A DNA stretch of 64,000 nucleotides from the IMG/VR virus record IMGVR_UViG_3300035698_019747, positions 88,403-152,402 of that record; one strand, given 5' to 3'. This DNA comes from a virus. A program made the position numbers and the translations under genes. The notes below the pieces were generated by a model that had not been told where the DNA came from, ran no database searches, and saw only the letters and a program-made list of their open reading frames with translations. Positions within the stretch are counted from its first letter, which is position 1. Each line of letters begins with the position of its first letter. Shown in pieces: positions 53,901 through 62,749 of this stretch.

Positions 53901-54176
53901 TATCTCCCAAACTGTTTCTTCTCTATAAGGTATATCTAATACAATACTATTATTTGTTATCTCTAATATCTTATATCCAGTTGTTCCATATTGGTATTCA
54001 TCTATATTTAATAAATCTGTATTATCATAATTCCCATTTGTTATATAAACATAATTACCCACTAATAATTCAGTATTTATTTCTGTGTAAAACTTTGTAT
54101 AAGCCACACCATTTAAGGTATAACTCTCAGTCTTATTAATTAATTTAGATGAATATGTTTCCTGAATAACAGACAT
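44958..54176 (-). CDS. giant (3072 aa) probable virion protein with W.NG.F.NG-type repeats
   Basis: S/T/N/G-rich; many WxxGxFxxGxF 5-residue-periodic units; TTAATATATA at 54205-54196. Confidence 0.7.
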   Translation of the reverse strand: MSVIQETYSSKLINKTESYTLNGVAYTKFYTEINTELLVGNYVYITNGNYDNTDLLNIDEYQYGTTGYKILEITNNSIVLDIPYREETVWEIGDYEDYTKVYLVDSLSKFRYENTSNNYNLSEKSGYKYSTNNNNILFSTIENMPHTIENNTNGKFFKSYYDQAPGLTFSVNRGQVFSSSALKFKLAEVDVYSISGTNGNTGSTTIGNSNGDYITDIEHIYNSTNDFIYAITANAEDQPTNIWEFNKRTLANISTPLTDTDQNDVIGSIFKGFLGNRRGINTTIKLPSNVSGQFNYMNNIGIIVESGLTYSVDMSDTFIVGFDEPITADNFSTIGFYNRTNSNQMPMPNNEGATFSIASLGYNNSNALTSPYFVLSSSEGSLSYPLSNLHFPKSNDECFIVPSYASFNGIGRASSINVNYFENVEDISNNIEVAILGRNFSATDPSSDSEYGGIYLYSYSGTWYDYNNDLSYMGNGFSISKEVYDKYTSGVWAATSFNPFIDITYNEVLNFTDIKLLGTEKINLGLGIGYAVNTGGSQIIQSNGGIYYSKYLITSSSGNIYYLYANFNHQLLANNTTFLNQMQNGFPQAHIVIKKLTQDSPVQLSNIGEDRTFDMETNSNIIDGKYPIISMSGDYIYSLNVLNNVVYTFNKELNQVESPSHISVKDNTWAISSSDSSPRFNVLGGSTNNGIYLLQKFIENYTSIQLKTTTSIFGDDLPSNSVKKTIFEKIGDVNRIWAATENGIFMFEYSFDIINNIYYTVNVDNNNIPLNSDIFKNNRLLIMDDLSYDGISYDKGKVYKFNDTTKIWSKDSSYENAYLTKAKVNQGSFNNSTFNDGIFGDKDTNGIWDGDNVNWRNGIFYNSTWVSGKMDSKSDIILSKNYYSELIGNRVSTIMNLDNNASYGYNYIIDSVIEKAIIINANAINSQIGSDEGSLLNNIYSNSGTYSYSEIDISNLHAYNSIFRSNLINNTFIEESEIYSSNINENTTIVNTDVYDSKMTNGIVENKGDIKVLDYDKWYNIRNNVSDQDIIHIHKFFISEKDFMKLKFKDKVIFNSVKTSSPYYTNILDKLFYVMSGVDGFYQDVYENFNEIVSNNFKETSFKVIITRKNKLENSTKTTIKYDGSNLVIDNTSFISNFSIDLEIVSDTIEYGSDSSIYNNALKSDNSLKITALNSDSTIQIRHFNNSWINGGTWVNGSIFNADQLANTFLSGTASSSTSGTMSISMNYGNYELLNEILKTDEVYWLNNTWDTTLSNDISGNYHIGASNELIPYNLNFTYSQSFVNLISDKTFLNSNRIDGINNTLKVNGGVFKNQSFKNVEVNNQGFSLNDLNHKNLRRLSLIRSEISINDNVEIYNGHLLHGHLTGDYVTTSNMNFTGNAYKQTFQNVNIINSYIERSAVLSGNHISGKFINGKYDTEDNLIPINNIFYTVGNKAIIPAWHDGTFTDGYIGKSVWLSGTHSGGQFSNSEFLGGVWDGGVFGDITSSNINNVFRNGVWKDGTFRNGVFGDNSDQLSTVNSIYASDYILTTNKYVNTGNIVWKNGTFDSGIFSSINNHVTIWENGTFNNGKIIGSVIWKNGIFNNGIFASTYGRHLGIIWGEYDFSSIAGTQSGEELVFDYGNNVYDSFLNNNTISSFRDIYGDNSFNNIGTLVLDTNDGQVKYLFPSTESSVVDTFSDNGSAHGFGERIIKEFTDGDISDLYIQLKPIDIENVDKTKEHPLKKSNVIGAQIFIQDTQVSKVYDGSTYVTQSIFIGATISGTNHTYTSLYAWEDGVFNRGEFGDSKNVGNANPSWKTGTFNGGKFYGKVWKNGVFISGEFNGSGMTQSQTSLTNIYKGFNAQLTIDNYISDIEVGLVATQSSSQLGYKKTTSNNNWFGLWVDGEVSPSISNLDSSVAVENLQIGFFNQDKYGRQVSRGSKFSKVLWLNGSYNDSDGVFDQSVWLSGTFSNGSFDNSIFNPYVKRGDFELGDLSSMNFEFDRNTTNTVWENGVFNNGMFFYSDWNNGVFNNGTMIGSKFKKGIANYISAFSVIWENGRFRNGNWYGANFTISNVYNNDSTPNPFEYISDYFSDYMYTPFVTDILSNNASRLQDDRLYVWNLLEGSSSITGYDFIGHDLGSDFDNVIINSPIEEYRASLVNSATASNRYDLTFISDNLNINQVRSPYNFNLLLTDVKKYSSGTYQLILSSSNSSKWKPSAALSNYVLRVKYDIYTNSVRTSSNNLLFNANSSSYNQTVTNTFKVDVNLEYVLKVEFTGTSNGDDFTDIYQLNVNEATVDVNYKTDNNTLGGHIKNNWSGDYLNSTIGTASVGGTYSNIIDVEESYNSIAYSYVTVSVPSDYQDVSGVYTQFGNGAFMKGIFENGVWNNGYRGTDLGTFIEDDNANNITIFTYGSGNTASVQVNSLYTDNVKTKYRTEPVIHFNNVQRSFKIAANIWEIVLESAFNIEGTSSDSYNKLKVGDQVTVGNIIAIDINGDRKLIKDVFSVKRVPQNNRIVLEYTESFPIDNIEIDSDRHLIYVTKNIWLNGAFLNGYFEGVMNNAYIRGNRKTTEIENTHIIQARFEGGKYISKKYTIASAFDTRSSNASSISPQFGEKYNDLYHSGVIQDMRFFDDVTLTTFDMTSPTELEVQGVNGDKNISMGTGGTISSSGNVVQYIYNSDMDIVYEPEYFSSLFNQNIVDSHISGKSIISTTATEMYNIPAGYISYDILSSKSRFKYVTKPDDINSFIDYSLELGSKYKKFNTLYDVDFSKSPNNDSDIDRPSTFNILNSGSYSLYKREFGTDGVTFKVATDQFIHENFMYVYGASSSLISGHNTFKTRDRYHLVEVDTELKKNEINYINPYDRSNAISILATYSYSSTQLPKLTIGQGYNELYETSSTSGYISSYDNDFIPFFDGRKSGEINNFGKNIDQRLTMRSFMYNNFGGYRDAVKIIAKDFNNVTTGVTSSNTYDINSPIYYSMKHYEVDKIPFFNYKDYIDPITANEYQWNIFDMGSANQTQTRVVDSRVKIPFYATSIPIDYDDSNFILTDNINFIGGTNIVDTNIVVDESVFQSTIGTTFIANNATLASNNNLLSD

Positions 54177-54260
54177 TAAGTTACTTAATTTTCATTATAT
54201 ATTAAATTAAAACCTATATCAACCACGATTTTTAATATATAATGAAAAAACTTACTAATA

Positions 54261-54686
54261 ATGCCAGATGTTAAAAAAATAAATGAATTCTACATCTCAG
54301 AAGAATTAACACATATTTCAGATGGAGAACCAAATATATTAGAATTATCAGATTTGATTATTACAGATATAGTTACTGATAAATTAGGAATATCCTATGA
54401 GGTTAAAGATATAAGTAATACTGAAATTGTTTTAGCACCAATTAGTGGTGGTAAACATATAAGTTTTCCTGAGTTAGCAGATCATGTTTTAGGGCAGTTC
54501 TGGGAATTCTTTATACCATCTGATATTATTAAACATAAAGGTAATGCTGTTAAATTAAACACCCCATTTACTAACACTGAGGGTGAAAGTATGTATAGTG
54601 TATTTACGATGACTAATAATAAAGTTAAACGCATAAATTTCAATGGTGATATCAAATCATTTTCTAAAATAAATAGAAAAAAATAA
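54261..54686 (+). CDS. hypothetical late protein
   Basis: MPDVKKINEFYISE N-terminus; TTAATATATA at 54232-54241. Confidence 0.65.
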   Translation: MPDVKKINEFYISEELTHISDGEPNILELSDLIITDIVTDKLGISYEVKDISNTEIVLAPISGGKHISFPELADHVLGQFWEFFIPSDIIKHKGNAVKLNTPFTNTEGESMYSVFTMTNNKVKRINFNGDIKSFSKINRKK

Positions 54687-54707
54687 TATGAAATTAATAT
54701 ATAACCT

Positions 54708-56450
54708 ATGAACTATATCCTAATATCAGAGAGTTTTAATGAACTTAATAAAGAATTTTCATTTCTTAAAAGGAATCCTAATCTTTTACCACTATTCAAA
54801 AAAATAAGAGAAGATGAGAATGTTGATATATCTGAATTAAGACAAATATATTATGATTTAGTAAAACATAAAAATACTATAAAAAGTCTTCGTATTATAT
54901 TATTAGACGCAGTAACTAAAGAAGACTTAATTGATATATTGGGTAGAGTAAAATCAGTTGAGAAGTTCAATAAATTTGTTAAACTATTACCAAATAACCT
55001 AAGAAATGAAATAAAAGATAGTGAGAGTTTATCCACTGAGTATATAAATATAATTATGGACTTCTCGTATAATGAATACAAAAATATATTTCTTAAAAAG
55101 GTAGCTAAATATAAAACACCTATTGAACTTTTTGTAGCAATAAAAAATTACATAAAGGTAAATTCAAAATCAAAAAGAGAAATAATACAAGAAATAGAGG
55201 AATTAGATGATATTGAAAATGTATTTATGGATGATACTTATTTAGTAGCACGTATATATTCAAAATCAGCATCTTGTGCATTGGGTTCAAATGTTTGGTG
55301 TATAAGTGGCGCAAGGGGTGAGTCATGGGAACATTATGTACCTAATAAAAAAGGTGTTCAATATTTTGTGTGGGATTTTTCAGAAGAACCAACAAGCAAT
55401 CTATATCAAATAGGAATAACCGCCACTAATACTGATGATTTTACTGCTTTTGATAAATTTGATGATTCAATTAAGTATTATAGAATATATAAAATGCCAT
55501 ATACCAGTTATTTAAAGCCTATTGATAAATTAGATACCAAAGAAATACAGAAATATTTAACATATAATCCAACGACAAAGGGTGAATATTTATGGAATAA
55601 ATTCCCTAAAGAAGATCGTAAGCAAATGTTATTAGATATCTCAACAGATTCCATAAGCCTAGATTATGGCAACTTAGTAGTGGGATTTACTATACATGAT
55701 ATGAAAGAAGTATTAAAGAAAAATCCTATATTACTACTAGATAAAACAGGTAATATGTTAGAAGTTCTTTTTACTATGAACTTTAAAAAAGCATATGAAA
55801 TTCTCCGAACAAGTGAAAAATACTTTAATGACACATTATTTACTGAATTATCTGATAATTATCACAAACGTTATTTTTCATTTGATAGTGATTTTTATAA
55901 AAATATGGCTGATAAATTTTTAATAATGTTAATTATAATTGATACAGATATGTTTTTAAAATATTTTAGCTTCACACTAAATAGCATCAATACAGATGAT
56001 AGTATCATATTTGATGAATTAGAAAAGGAATACCATAAGGATTGGAAAAGGGTTTCTAAGTTAATAGGTAAATATTCTGATAAAATACACAATATCCCTA
56101 TTAGGCAATATTTAGATGGTGGTTTAGCACATAAAATAAAAAATGGTGAAAATTTATATATATTTATAGGAGCTAAAGATCATATAAAAGTAGGAATGTC
56201 GGAGAGGGGGAAGGACATTTATGAGGAAACTATTAAGATAGAGAATCTTATAAAATACAATCCTATAAAAAATTATAATGATTTACAAGGAATTAAAATA
56301 AGAAGTAAATACACTAATCAAAAAGTGTATGGTATTTGGGTAAATAATTCACTGTTGGATGAACCCCGATATTACCACGATGATATAGTTGATAATTATG
56401 GACAAGAGATGGTCGATTTAATTCAAGATAATATGTTCATTATTAAATAA
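54708..56450 (+). CDS. late protein, 'WCI' paralog family
   Basis: ASCALGSNVWCI...GVQYFVWDFS...GIT...FDKFDD; starts 4 nt after TTAATATATA. Confidence 0.75.
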   Translation: MNYILISESFNELNKEFSFLKRNPNLLPLFKKIREDENVDISELRQIYYDLVKHKNTIKSLRIILLDAVTKEDLIDILGRVKSVEKFNKFVKLLPNNLRNEIKDSESLSTEYINIIMDFSYNEYKNIFLKKVAKYKTPIELFVAIKNYIKVNSKSKREIIQEIEELDDIENVFMDDTYLVARIYSKSASCALGSNVWCISGARGESWEHYVPNKKGVQYFVWDFSEEPTSNLYQIGITATNTDDFTAFDKFDDSIKYYRIYKMPYTSYLKPIDKLDTKEIQKYLTYNPTTKGEYLWNKFPKEDRKQMLLDISTDSISLDYGNLVVGFTIHDMKEVLKKNPILLLDKTGNMLEVLFTMNFKKAYEILRTSEKYFNDTLFTELSDNYHKRYFSFDSDFYKNMADKFLIMLIIIDTDMFLKYFSFTLNSINTDDSIIFDELEKEYHKDWKRVSKLIGKYSDKIHNIPIRQYLDGGLAHKIKNGENLYIFIGAKDHIKVGMSERGKDIYEETIKIENLIKYNPIKNYNDLQGIKIRSKYTNQKVYGIWVNNSLLDEPRYYHDDIVDNYGQEMVDLIQDNMFIIK

Positions 56451-56532
56451 TGGTGTAATTTTATATGATAAGAATATGAATATCGATAAATGGTGGGAGA
56501 AATTAGACTTATAATAAATTTTATTTATTTAT

Positions 56533-57471
56533 TTATAACTCTTTATAAGTGTTATTCTTACCATCAATAATAAATGATTTACATTCATTATTAGCTGCAT
56601 AATCATATCCTTCTTGCCACCACTTAGCCATAAGCTCTTGGTCAAATAAAAGAGAATTATTAGTCAATCGCCTTTTAAGATAATGCATATTAACCTTAAC
56701 TTTTTTAGTTGCGTAATGTGATAAATAATCCAAATCTATTTGCTGTTCCCTGATTCCACGCATCATAAGTAATAATACACGTATCTGATAATGAAAATAG
56801 TTTCTGATGTGCTCAATTACCCAATTATCATCTTCTTTCTCTAGTATGATAACATCAATCTCATCACACCCATCCATTATAGCTTGTTTAAGGGGTACTT
56901 GAACCAAAATACCACCATCAGTATAATGTGACCCTTCTATAACTGCTATACTCATAAAGGGAGGGGCACATGTTGATGCCCATAACCAATCTGAAAATTG
57001 CTCATAAGTATAATCATTAATATCCTTTTCCTCTGATTCCCCCGTAGAAATATTAGTGACCATTATCTTCACTATTTTACCACTTTCTAATATTTTTAGA
57101 TAATCCCTTTCTGGGAAGAATTTAGGTATTAAATCTGTTCTGACTTTAGTTGTATCACCTAGTGAAGATTGTTTTTTAAAAAATAAGTTTTTTGCTACGT
57201 TCTTAAAATTAATAGTGTATTTAAAAATTCCATTATTATGACTCTGTATTTTAAAGGGGTTTAATGTGAATACATCTTCTGTAGATACACTCATCATAGC
57301 TGTTTTCAACTTATTATAATTGTTAGTAGCCGCGAATGGGACAACTAGTGACCCTGTTGATGATCCATATAGATTGTCATAGCTTATACCATTTTGTATG
57401 TAATATTCAACTATACCACCAGCATATGCCCCCTTGCTACCACCAACACTAACTACTAGCCCTCTTTTCAT
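56533..57471 (-). CDS. patatin-like phospholipase
   Basis: GGSKG, GSSTG (catalytic Ser), DGG. Confidence 0.9.
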   Translation of the reverse strand: MKRGLVVSVGGSKGAYAGGIVEYYIQNGISYDNLYGSSTGSLVVPFAATNNYNKLKTAMMSVSTEDVFTLNPFKIQSHNNGIFKYTINFKNVAKNLFFKKQSSLGDTTKVRTDLIPKFFPERDYLKILESGKIVKIMVTNISTGESEEKDINDYTYEQFSDWLWASTCAPPFMSIAVIEGSHYTDGGILVQVPLKQAIMDGCDEIDVIILEKEDDNWVIEHIRNYFHYQIRVLLLMMRGIREQQIDLDYLSHYATKKVKVNMHYLKRRLTNNSLLFDQELMAKWWQEGYDYAANNECKSFIIDGKNNTYKEL

Positions 57472-57510
57472 TTAACATATTCCATTTATTTATATAGTAA
57501 ATGTTCAATA

Positions 57511-58026
57511 TCAGATTATATTTTCACGAACTTTCATTAAAACATTTCCTAGTCTATTTTCACCTAACCACTTATATTCAAAAAGTATATTATCATCTAG
57601 CTTGGATAGTCCAACCCCCCATCTTCTGTCAAAGGGGGATGCTTCAACTAAATTTTTAGGAAATGATTCTATAAGCACTTTTTTAAGGTATTCATTCTTT
57701 GTAAACTTCTGATAGCATATATCATACATTTTATCAAAACTCACATAATCCCATTTTTCTTGATTAAAATTAGTAATTTTTTTTCCTATATTTTTAGATT
57801 CAATTGGAGTTTTTGCTAAAGTTATATTATTTGCCGATTTAATATCATTAAAAAATAATGCCTTTTCATACATATAGGCTTGCTCAGAAGTGCTAACATC
57901 TATTGAATCTATAACTCTTCCAAATAAACTTTTAACGATTCTTGTATAGCTAAAGCTAACAGGGTAGAAATTTGAAAATGGATCACTTTCAGTAAAGAAA
58001 TATATGTGTGTATCTGTTACTCTCAT
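57511..58026 (-). CDS. NADAR family (YbiA-like) protein
   Basis: FSNFY, TSEQAYMYEKA, KF, LVEASPFDRRWGVG, GENRLG..LM.VR. Confidence 0.93.
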   Translation of the reverse strand: MRVTDTHIYFFTESDPFSNFYPVSFSYTRIVKSLFGRVIDSIDVSTSEQAYMYEKALFFNDIKSANNITLAKTPIESKNIGKKITNFNQEKWDYVSFDKMYDICYQKFTKNEYLKKVLIESFPKNLVEASPFDRRWGVGLSKLDDNILFEYKWLGENRLGNVLMKVRENII

Positions 58027-58688
58027 ATATCAGCAGGACTATTATATTTTTTAAGTATAAAGGCTACATAGTCTATAGTTTCTTTAAACCTAGGAATATT
58101 ATATTTATATTTTATAACATTCCCAAGTCCTGCATTATACGCTGATAATGCGAGTTCCCACGCCCTTTTATCGTTAAACCCCTTATTAGTGAATCTATCA
58201 TGGTGCTCTCTCAATATATAAGTACCCACTCTGATGTTATTCTTATAATCTTTTTGATTATAAGTAGCCAATGCTCTATCTTTATAATGATTAAATGTAG
58301 CTGGCATTACTTGCATATAACCAAACGCACCAGATTTTTTATTCTCTACCATTCTGAAAGAAGATTCTTTATAAATTAATCTCCAAAAAATATGATCTGG
58401 TATATTATATAGGTTCTTTTGAGATTCCATGAACTCAAAAACAGAGTCTTTAAGTGTACTTGGCAAATTAATACCAGATTCTTTATAAACAATAAACTCT
58501 TTCCATTTCCTAGTCTTAGTATAAACCACTAAGCTATCATACTTAAATGCGATACTTGATAAACTATCATTCATTCTATTCACATTTTTATTATCATCTA
58601 TAAGTCCCTTGGTATATGGATCAGATAAAATCACACCTAGCAACATACCAAATAACACCGTGATTAAAATACTCAAAACTTTCTTCAT
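58023..58688 (-). CDS. lytic transglycosylase (SLT domain) with N-terminal membrane anchor
   Basis: KESSF, GAFGYMQVMPAT, ALSAYNAG, ETIDYV; start moved to MKKVLS at 58688. Confidence 0.9.
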   Translation of the reverse strand: MKKVLSILITVLFGMLLGVILSDPYTKGLIDDNKNVNRMNDSLSSIAFKYDSLVVYTKTRKWKEFIVYKESGINLPSTLKDSVFEFMESQKNLYNIPDHIFWRLIYKESSFRMVENKKSGAFGYMQVMPATFNHYKDRALATYNQKDYKNNIRVGTYILREHHDRFTNKGFNDKRAWELALSAYNAGLGNVIKYKYNIPRFKETIDYVAFILKKYNSPADI

Positions 58689-58743
58689 AACCATTAATTT
58701 CAATTGTAAAAATTTTATATATAACAAAAAGACTATATTTAAC

Positions 58744-59286
58744 ATGAAAAAGTTTTCTCATATTAAAAATAATAACGGTAAATATACAGCTAAAAGTGGT
58801 AATATACAAGATATTTTAAGAAATATTGTCAGTATGACACTTAATGTGTCTGTTAATGGTTCTATAGATGAACATTTAAGCAGTGATATTAAGATAGATG
58901 GTATAGATGACTTAACTCTTAAATTAGAGGAACTTTTAACCCAAAAGATTGCAGAAAACGCCCAATTTATAGCAGACAAGTTCACTTATCAAGGAATAAA
59001 CGAAGTAAATAACTACATCAAAGTATTACTAGTAGAGTCACAGCAAGGTACTTATCAAATTAAAAAACATAAGGAAAGGATTGAAAGCCTCTTAATTTTA
59101 AGTAATAATGATTTAGAAACTACTTGTAATCGCCAAGCGAAAACCATCAAAAGTGGAGAAATGGCTTATCATAAATCAATTGCAGCACAGCAGCTAATGG
59201 ATGAACACCCAGAAAAAAAGAAAGAACTTAAAAAAATACATGATATATTTTTATTTAGGTCAAAACAATTAGGATATAAGAAATGA
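58744..59286 (+). CDS. hypothetical protein
   Basis: Start moved to MKKFSHIK at 58744. Confidence 0.65.
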   Translation: MKKFSHIKNNNGKYTAKSGNIQDILRNIVSMTLNVSVNGSIDEHLSSDIKIDGIDDLTLKLEELLTQKIAENAQFIADKFTYQGINEVNNYIKVLLVESQQGTYQIKKHKERIESLLILSNNDLETTCNRQAKTIKSGEMAYHKSIAAQQLMDEHPEKKKELKKIHDIFLFRSKQLGYKK

Positions 59287-59990
59287 AAATAAACAGAGAT
59301 AATATAGATGAACTATATGAAAGAGTCAATAAACTTATAGATAAGTATTTTGAACACGATATAAACCCCCAGTCACTTGATAGGTATTTAAAATTAGGTG
59401 GTTATGGTATAAATAAGTTTATTCATAGAAATGAATTAGATGATATAGACAGTATTGAAAAATTAATAAGAGATGTAGTAGAAGACAGACTAGCTAGTTC
59501 AGAAAAGAAAATAAAGAAATTTGAGAGTTTTATAAATGAGTCTTATGTTGAATATACAGATAACCAATTTAATTTTGAATATGAAATATCTGTTGAAGAG
59601 AGAAAAATAGTAGCTGATAAATATAGAGTTTCATTTGGTTTAGTTCAAAGTGAAAATTATAATAGTAATATATTAAATGTCAGAACAATTGCTAAGGATA
59701 TAACAGTTGTTATTATTAACACAAAAAAAGCAAAAAGTATAATAAAAGAAGTAGCTGAGAGTTTATTTAGAGAAATTAGTACAACCACACATAGTAGTAG
59801 GTTTATTGATATAGAGGTAGATATGCACCATAAAGTACATAAAGGGAATTTTATAAATAAAACAGTTATGGATTTATCAAACAGAGTTATTGATATAATA
59901 ATATCTATATTGACTCTATATACTAGCGATAATTATAAATTTGTTGGTGATAATAAATCAGATAAATTACTACTTTTTGAGAAAATATAA
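59283..59990 (+). CDS. hypothetical protein
   Basis: Internal KKIKKFESFINES motif. Confidence 0.7.
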   Translation: MKINRDNIDELYERVNKLIDKYFEHDINPQSLDRYLKLGGYGINKFIHRNELDDIDSIEKLIRDVVEDRLASSEKKIKKFESFINESYVEYTDNQFNFEYEISVEERKIVADKYRVSFGLVQSENYNSNILNVRTIAKDITVVIINTKKAKSIIKEVAESLFREISTTTHSSRFIDIEVDMHHKVHKGNFINKTVMDLSNRVIDIIISILTLYTSDNYKFVGDNKSDKLLLFEKI

Positions 59991-59998
59991 TATATACG

Positions 59999-60265
59999 AT
60001 GATAAGCCTGGAAAAATCACATATCAAAAAGTTACTAGAAATAACTGAAGATAATATTAGATGGTTTCAGATATATCACCCTTCCGTAAATATCGATTTC
60101 AAATACTTACTTAAACGAAATTATCAAAATTTACATTATTATTTAATAGTTACTATGTTAGGTGAATATGATAATGAAATAATAAATAATAAATTAGAAA
60201 AAACACATAGGGTATTTAAAACGCTATATAACATCAGTGAGATGAATAAGAATATTAAAATTTAA
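59999..60265 (+). CDS. hypothetical protein
   Basis: 88-aa ORF. Confidence 0.5.
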   Translation: MISLEKSHIKKLLEITEDNIRWFQIYHPSVNIDFKYLLKRNYQNLHYYLIVTMLGEYDNEIINNKLEKTHRVFKTLYNISEMNKNIKI

Positions 60266-60275
60266 TATATAAGTA

Positions 60276-61187
60276 GTGAAAGTATTGAAAATAAAAGACC
60301 ATAACAAAGAAGTTGAATTCCTAGTCAACCAAGGTAGTATATTAGAATCTCTATTAAATGAGAGTGATTATGTTCCTAGGTTTAGTCTAAATGATTTAGA
60401 AATATTTAATGATTTACCTGTTAATGAACCTATTAAATTTTCAGATGATTTAGCCATTAAAGCCATTAAATATGGACTTATTATGTTAATCAATTATAAG
60501 GGCGCAGAAGATAAGAATTTCAGTGGCCATGAAAGAGTTATATATTTTATGGTACTTGGTCGCAGTGCCAAGGGAAAGCAACTACTAAGAGGTTACCATT
60601 TATCTGGATGGTCTGTTTCTAAAAACACAACTATTGATAAAGAATGGAGAATGTTTAGAACCGACCGTATATTATCTATGACATTCACAGGATCATTTTT
60701 CAGACTTGCACCTGAGGGTTACCAACCAAACGATAAAGGAATGGTTGGTGGTATAATAGCCAAAGCAGATTTTGATGAAATACGTAAGAATCAACAAAAG
60801 CTAATTAATACTCAACAAATTCAAGATAGAGATGATGTTAGTATAGAACAAAAAGAAAAAAGTAAATTACCAACTATTATAATAGAAAATACTGATACTG
60901 AATTAGACCTAAATGATTTTATGTCTAATTCAATAGTGAGTAATATAGATGATTTAGATAACCTTAGAGTATCCTTCCTAAAGAGTGTTTATGGTAACAC
61001 ATATATTGCAGTGCTTGGAGCACTTGGTAAAGCTGGTAATATTATCAAAGTTAAGACCAATGATTCTAAATCATTAGGTAATTTCAAAGTTCTTGATAGT
61101 GCAATAGGTAGAGACCTTAAAAAGATAAAAAAAGTAAAAGGTAATCCAATATTTACCCTATTTAAATTTATAGAAAAAAGAGATTAA
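60276..61187 (+). CDS. WYL-like domain protein
   Basis: I.Y......R.I....LG......LRGY...WRMFRTDRI; GTG start 4 nt after TTAATATATA. Confidence 0.7.
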   Translation: MKVLKIKDHNKEVEFLVNQGSILESLLNESDYVPRFSLNDLEIFNDLPVNEPIKFSDDLAIKAIKYGLIMLINYKGAEDKNFSGHERVIYFMVLGRSAKGKQLLRGYHLSGWSVSKNTTIDKEWRMFRTDRILSMTFTGSFFRLAPEGYQPNDKGMVGGIIAKADFDEIRKNQQKLINTQQIQDRDDVSIEQKEKSKLPTIIIENTDTELDLNDFMSNSIVSNIDDLDNLRVSFLKSVYGNTYIAVLGALGKAGNIIKVKTNDSKSLGNFKVLDSAIGRDLKKIKKVKGNPIFTLFKFIEKRD

Positions 61188-61189
61188 TT

Positions 61190-61549
61190 ATGAAATATCT
61201 AAGAAGTTGGATTTTGTTTGAAAATACTGAAAGTGTTAAAAAATATGAAATAGTTACCTTTAAACAAGATTATATATTTGAAAATGTATTCGCAGGTGAG
61301 AAAAAAACGATAGATATAACTTTCAAAAAAGGAGAAAAAGCTAAAGTATTTTTTGATATGGGAAGCACGGATGAAGATGATTCTAATTATTATATAAAGG
61401 CAGTTCGACCCATATCTATGAGCAAAAATGAAAAAGTTGGCATCACCAGATTTGATTCAACTCAACTCTGGGAAGCCAACTTTTTACTAAATGATATACT
61501 AAATATAAAAAAAAGTGATGCACCCTTTGATATAGATAAGTATATTTAA
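61190..61549 (+). CDS. hypothetical late protein
   Basis: MKYLRSWILFE N-terminus. Confidence 0.6.
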   Translation: MKYLRSWILFENTESVKKYEIVTFKQDYIFENVFAGEKKTIDITFKKGEKAKVFFDMGSTDEDDSNYYIKAVRPISMSKNEKVGITRFDSTQLWEANFLLNDILNIKKSDAPFDIDKYI

Positions 61550-61564
61550 TTAGTTTAACTTGAT

Positions 61565-61813
61565 CTAAAACTTGTTTATGACCTTATACATCATATCATT
61601 TTTTATGATAAAATCTACATCTATATTTACCTTAGAAAAGTTTATAACCTCTACTTTTGATGTTTTACCATTGAAAATTGTAACACTCTCATTAAAGTAC
61701 TGATTTAACTCATCTAATAGGGTATTATTTATTATTATATTTCTATTATAGTCGATGTTAGTTATTGGAGTGACAACTAGATTTATTTTTTTAACACTAA
61801 TTGTATTGCACAT
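61565..61813 (-). CDS. hypothetical protein
   Basis: 82-aa ORF after clpP. Confidence 0.45.
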   Translation of the reverse strand: MCNTISVKKINLVVTPITNIDYNRNIIINNTLLDELNQYFNESVTIFNGKTSKVEVINFSKVNIDVDFIIKNDMMYKVINKF

Positions 61814-61815
61814 AG

Positions 61816-62541
61816 TTAAAAATTATTTACCAACTTCTTATACTTATTGAAATCCTTATTTAGTTCAGTAACACTTTCCACACCATTTGACAAGATAACA
61901 CTATCTATTAGACCATAGTCCTTAGCCTCATCAGATGTGTACCACTTATCACGCTCAGAATCTTTTAAAACTTGTTCCCAACCCTTACCAGTATCTTCAC
62001 CAAGGCGTTTGAATAGTAAGAAGTTATATTTCTCTGACTCTAATTGGTTTATACGCATATTCTGAATTGCTCCACTATTACCAGAAGATACTTGGTGAGT
62101 CATTACCTTTGAATATCGAAGAGCATGACGCTTACCTTTAGTACCAGCCGCTAATAAAACAGCTCCCATAGATGCACACATTCCAGTATTAACAGTAGAA
62201 ATTTCAGAGGTAACATAATCCATGACATCTACTATACCTAGACCATGTAAAACACTACCACCTGGTGTATTTAGATATAAAGTAATGTCTTTTGTTTTAT
62301 CAACAGAGTCTAGAAATAAAAGTTGAGCTTGAATAATATCACACATATTATCATCAACTACACCAGATCCCCATATGATTCTATCCATCATAAGTCTACT
62401 GAATACATCTATTTGGGTAACCCGCATTTCACGTTCCTCTAAGATATAAGGTGTCATGGATTTAGTGATATCAAAATCATCATTATTTAAGCCGAATTCA
62501 CTTTTAGCAAATTTCTTAAAATTAGCAGAATTATTTTTCAT
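61816..62541 (-). CDS. clpP: ATP-dependent Clp protease proteolytic subunit
   Basis: DVFSRLMMDRII, AQLLFL, YLNTPGGSV, GMCASMG, MTHQ, ERD, EAKDYGLID. Confidence 0.95.
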   Translation of the reverse strand: MKNNSANFKKFAKSEFGLNNDDFDITKSMTPYILEEREMRVTQIDVFSRLMMDRIIWGSGVVDDNMCDIIQAQLLFLDSVDKTKDITLYLNTPGGSVLHGLGIVDVMDYVTSEISTVNTGMCASMGAVLLAAGTKGKRHALRYSKVMTHQVSSGNSGAIQNMRINQLESEKYNFLLFKRLGEDTGKGWEQVLKDSERDKWYTSDEAKDYGLIDSVILSNGVESVTELNKDFNKYKKLVNNF

Positions 62542-62749
62542 TTATTTTAAATTTAATATTTATATAATATATATATGAATATTTGATTAAAAAGTTTATA
62601 AATTTAGTTCGGAAATTTTAATTTTTTATATACCAACCCTAAGCTGAAATTCTGTCGAATATCAACATACGATTCATAAATACATATTATTGTGAATGGT
62701 GAAGATCCCAATTTGACTACCGATCCAATATTAATTTTATTTATTATTA

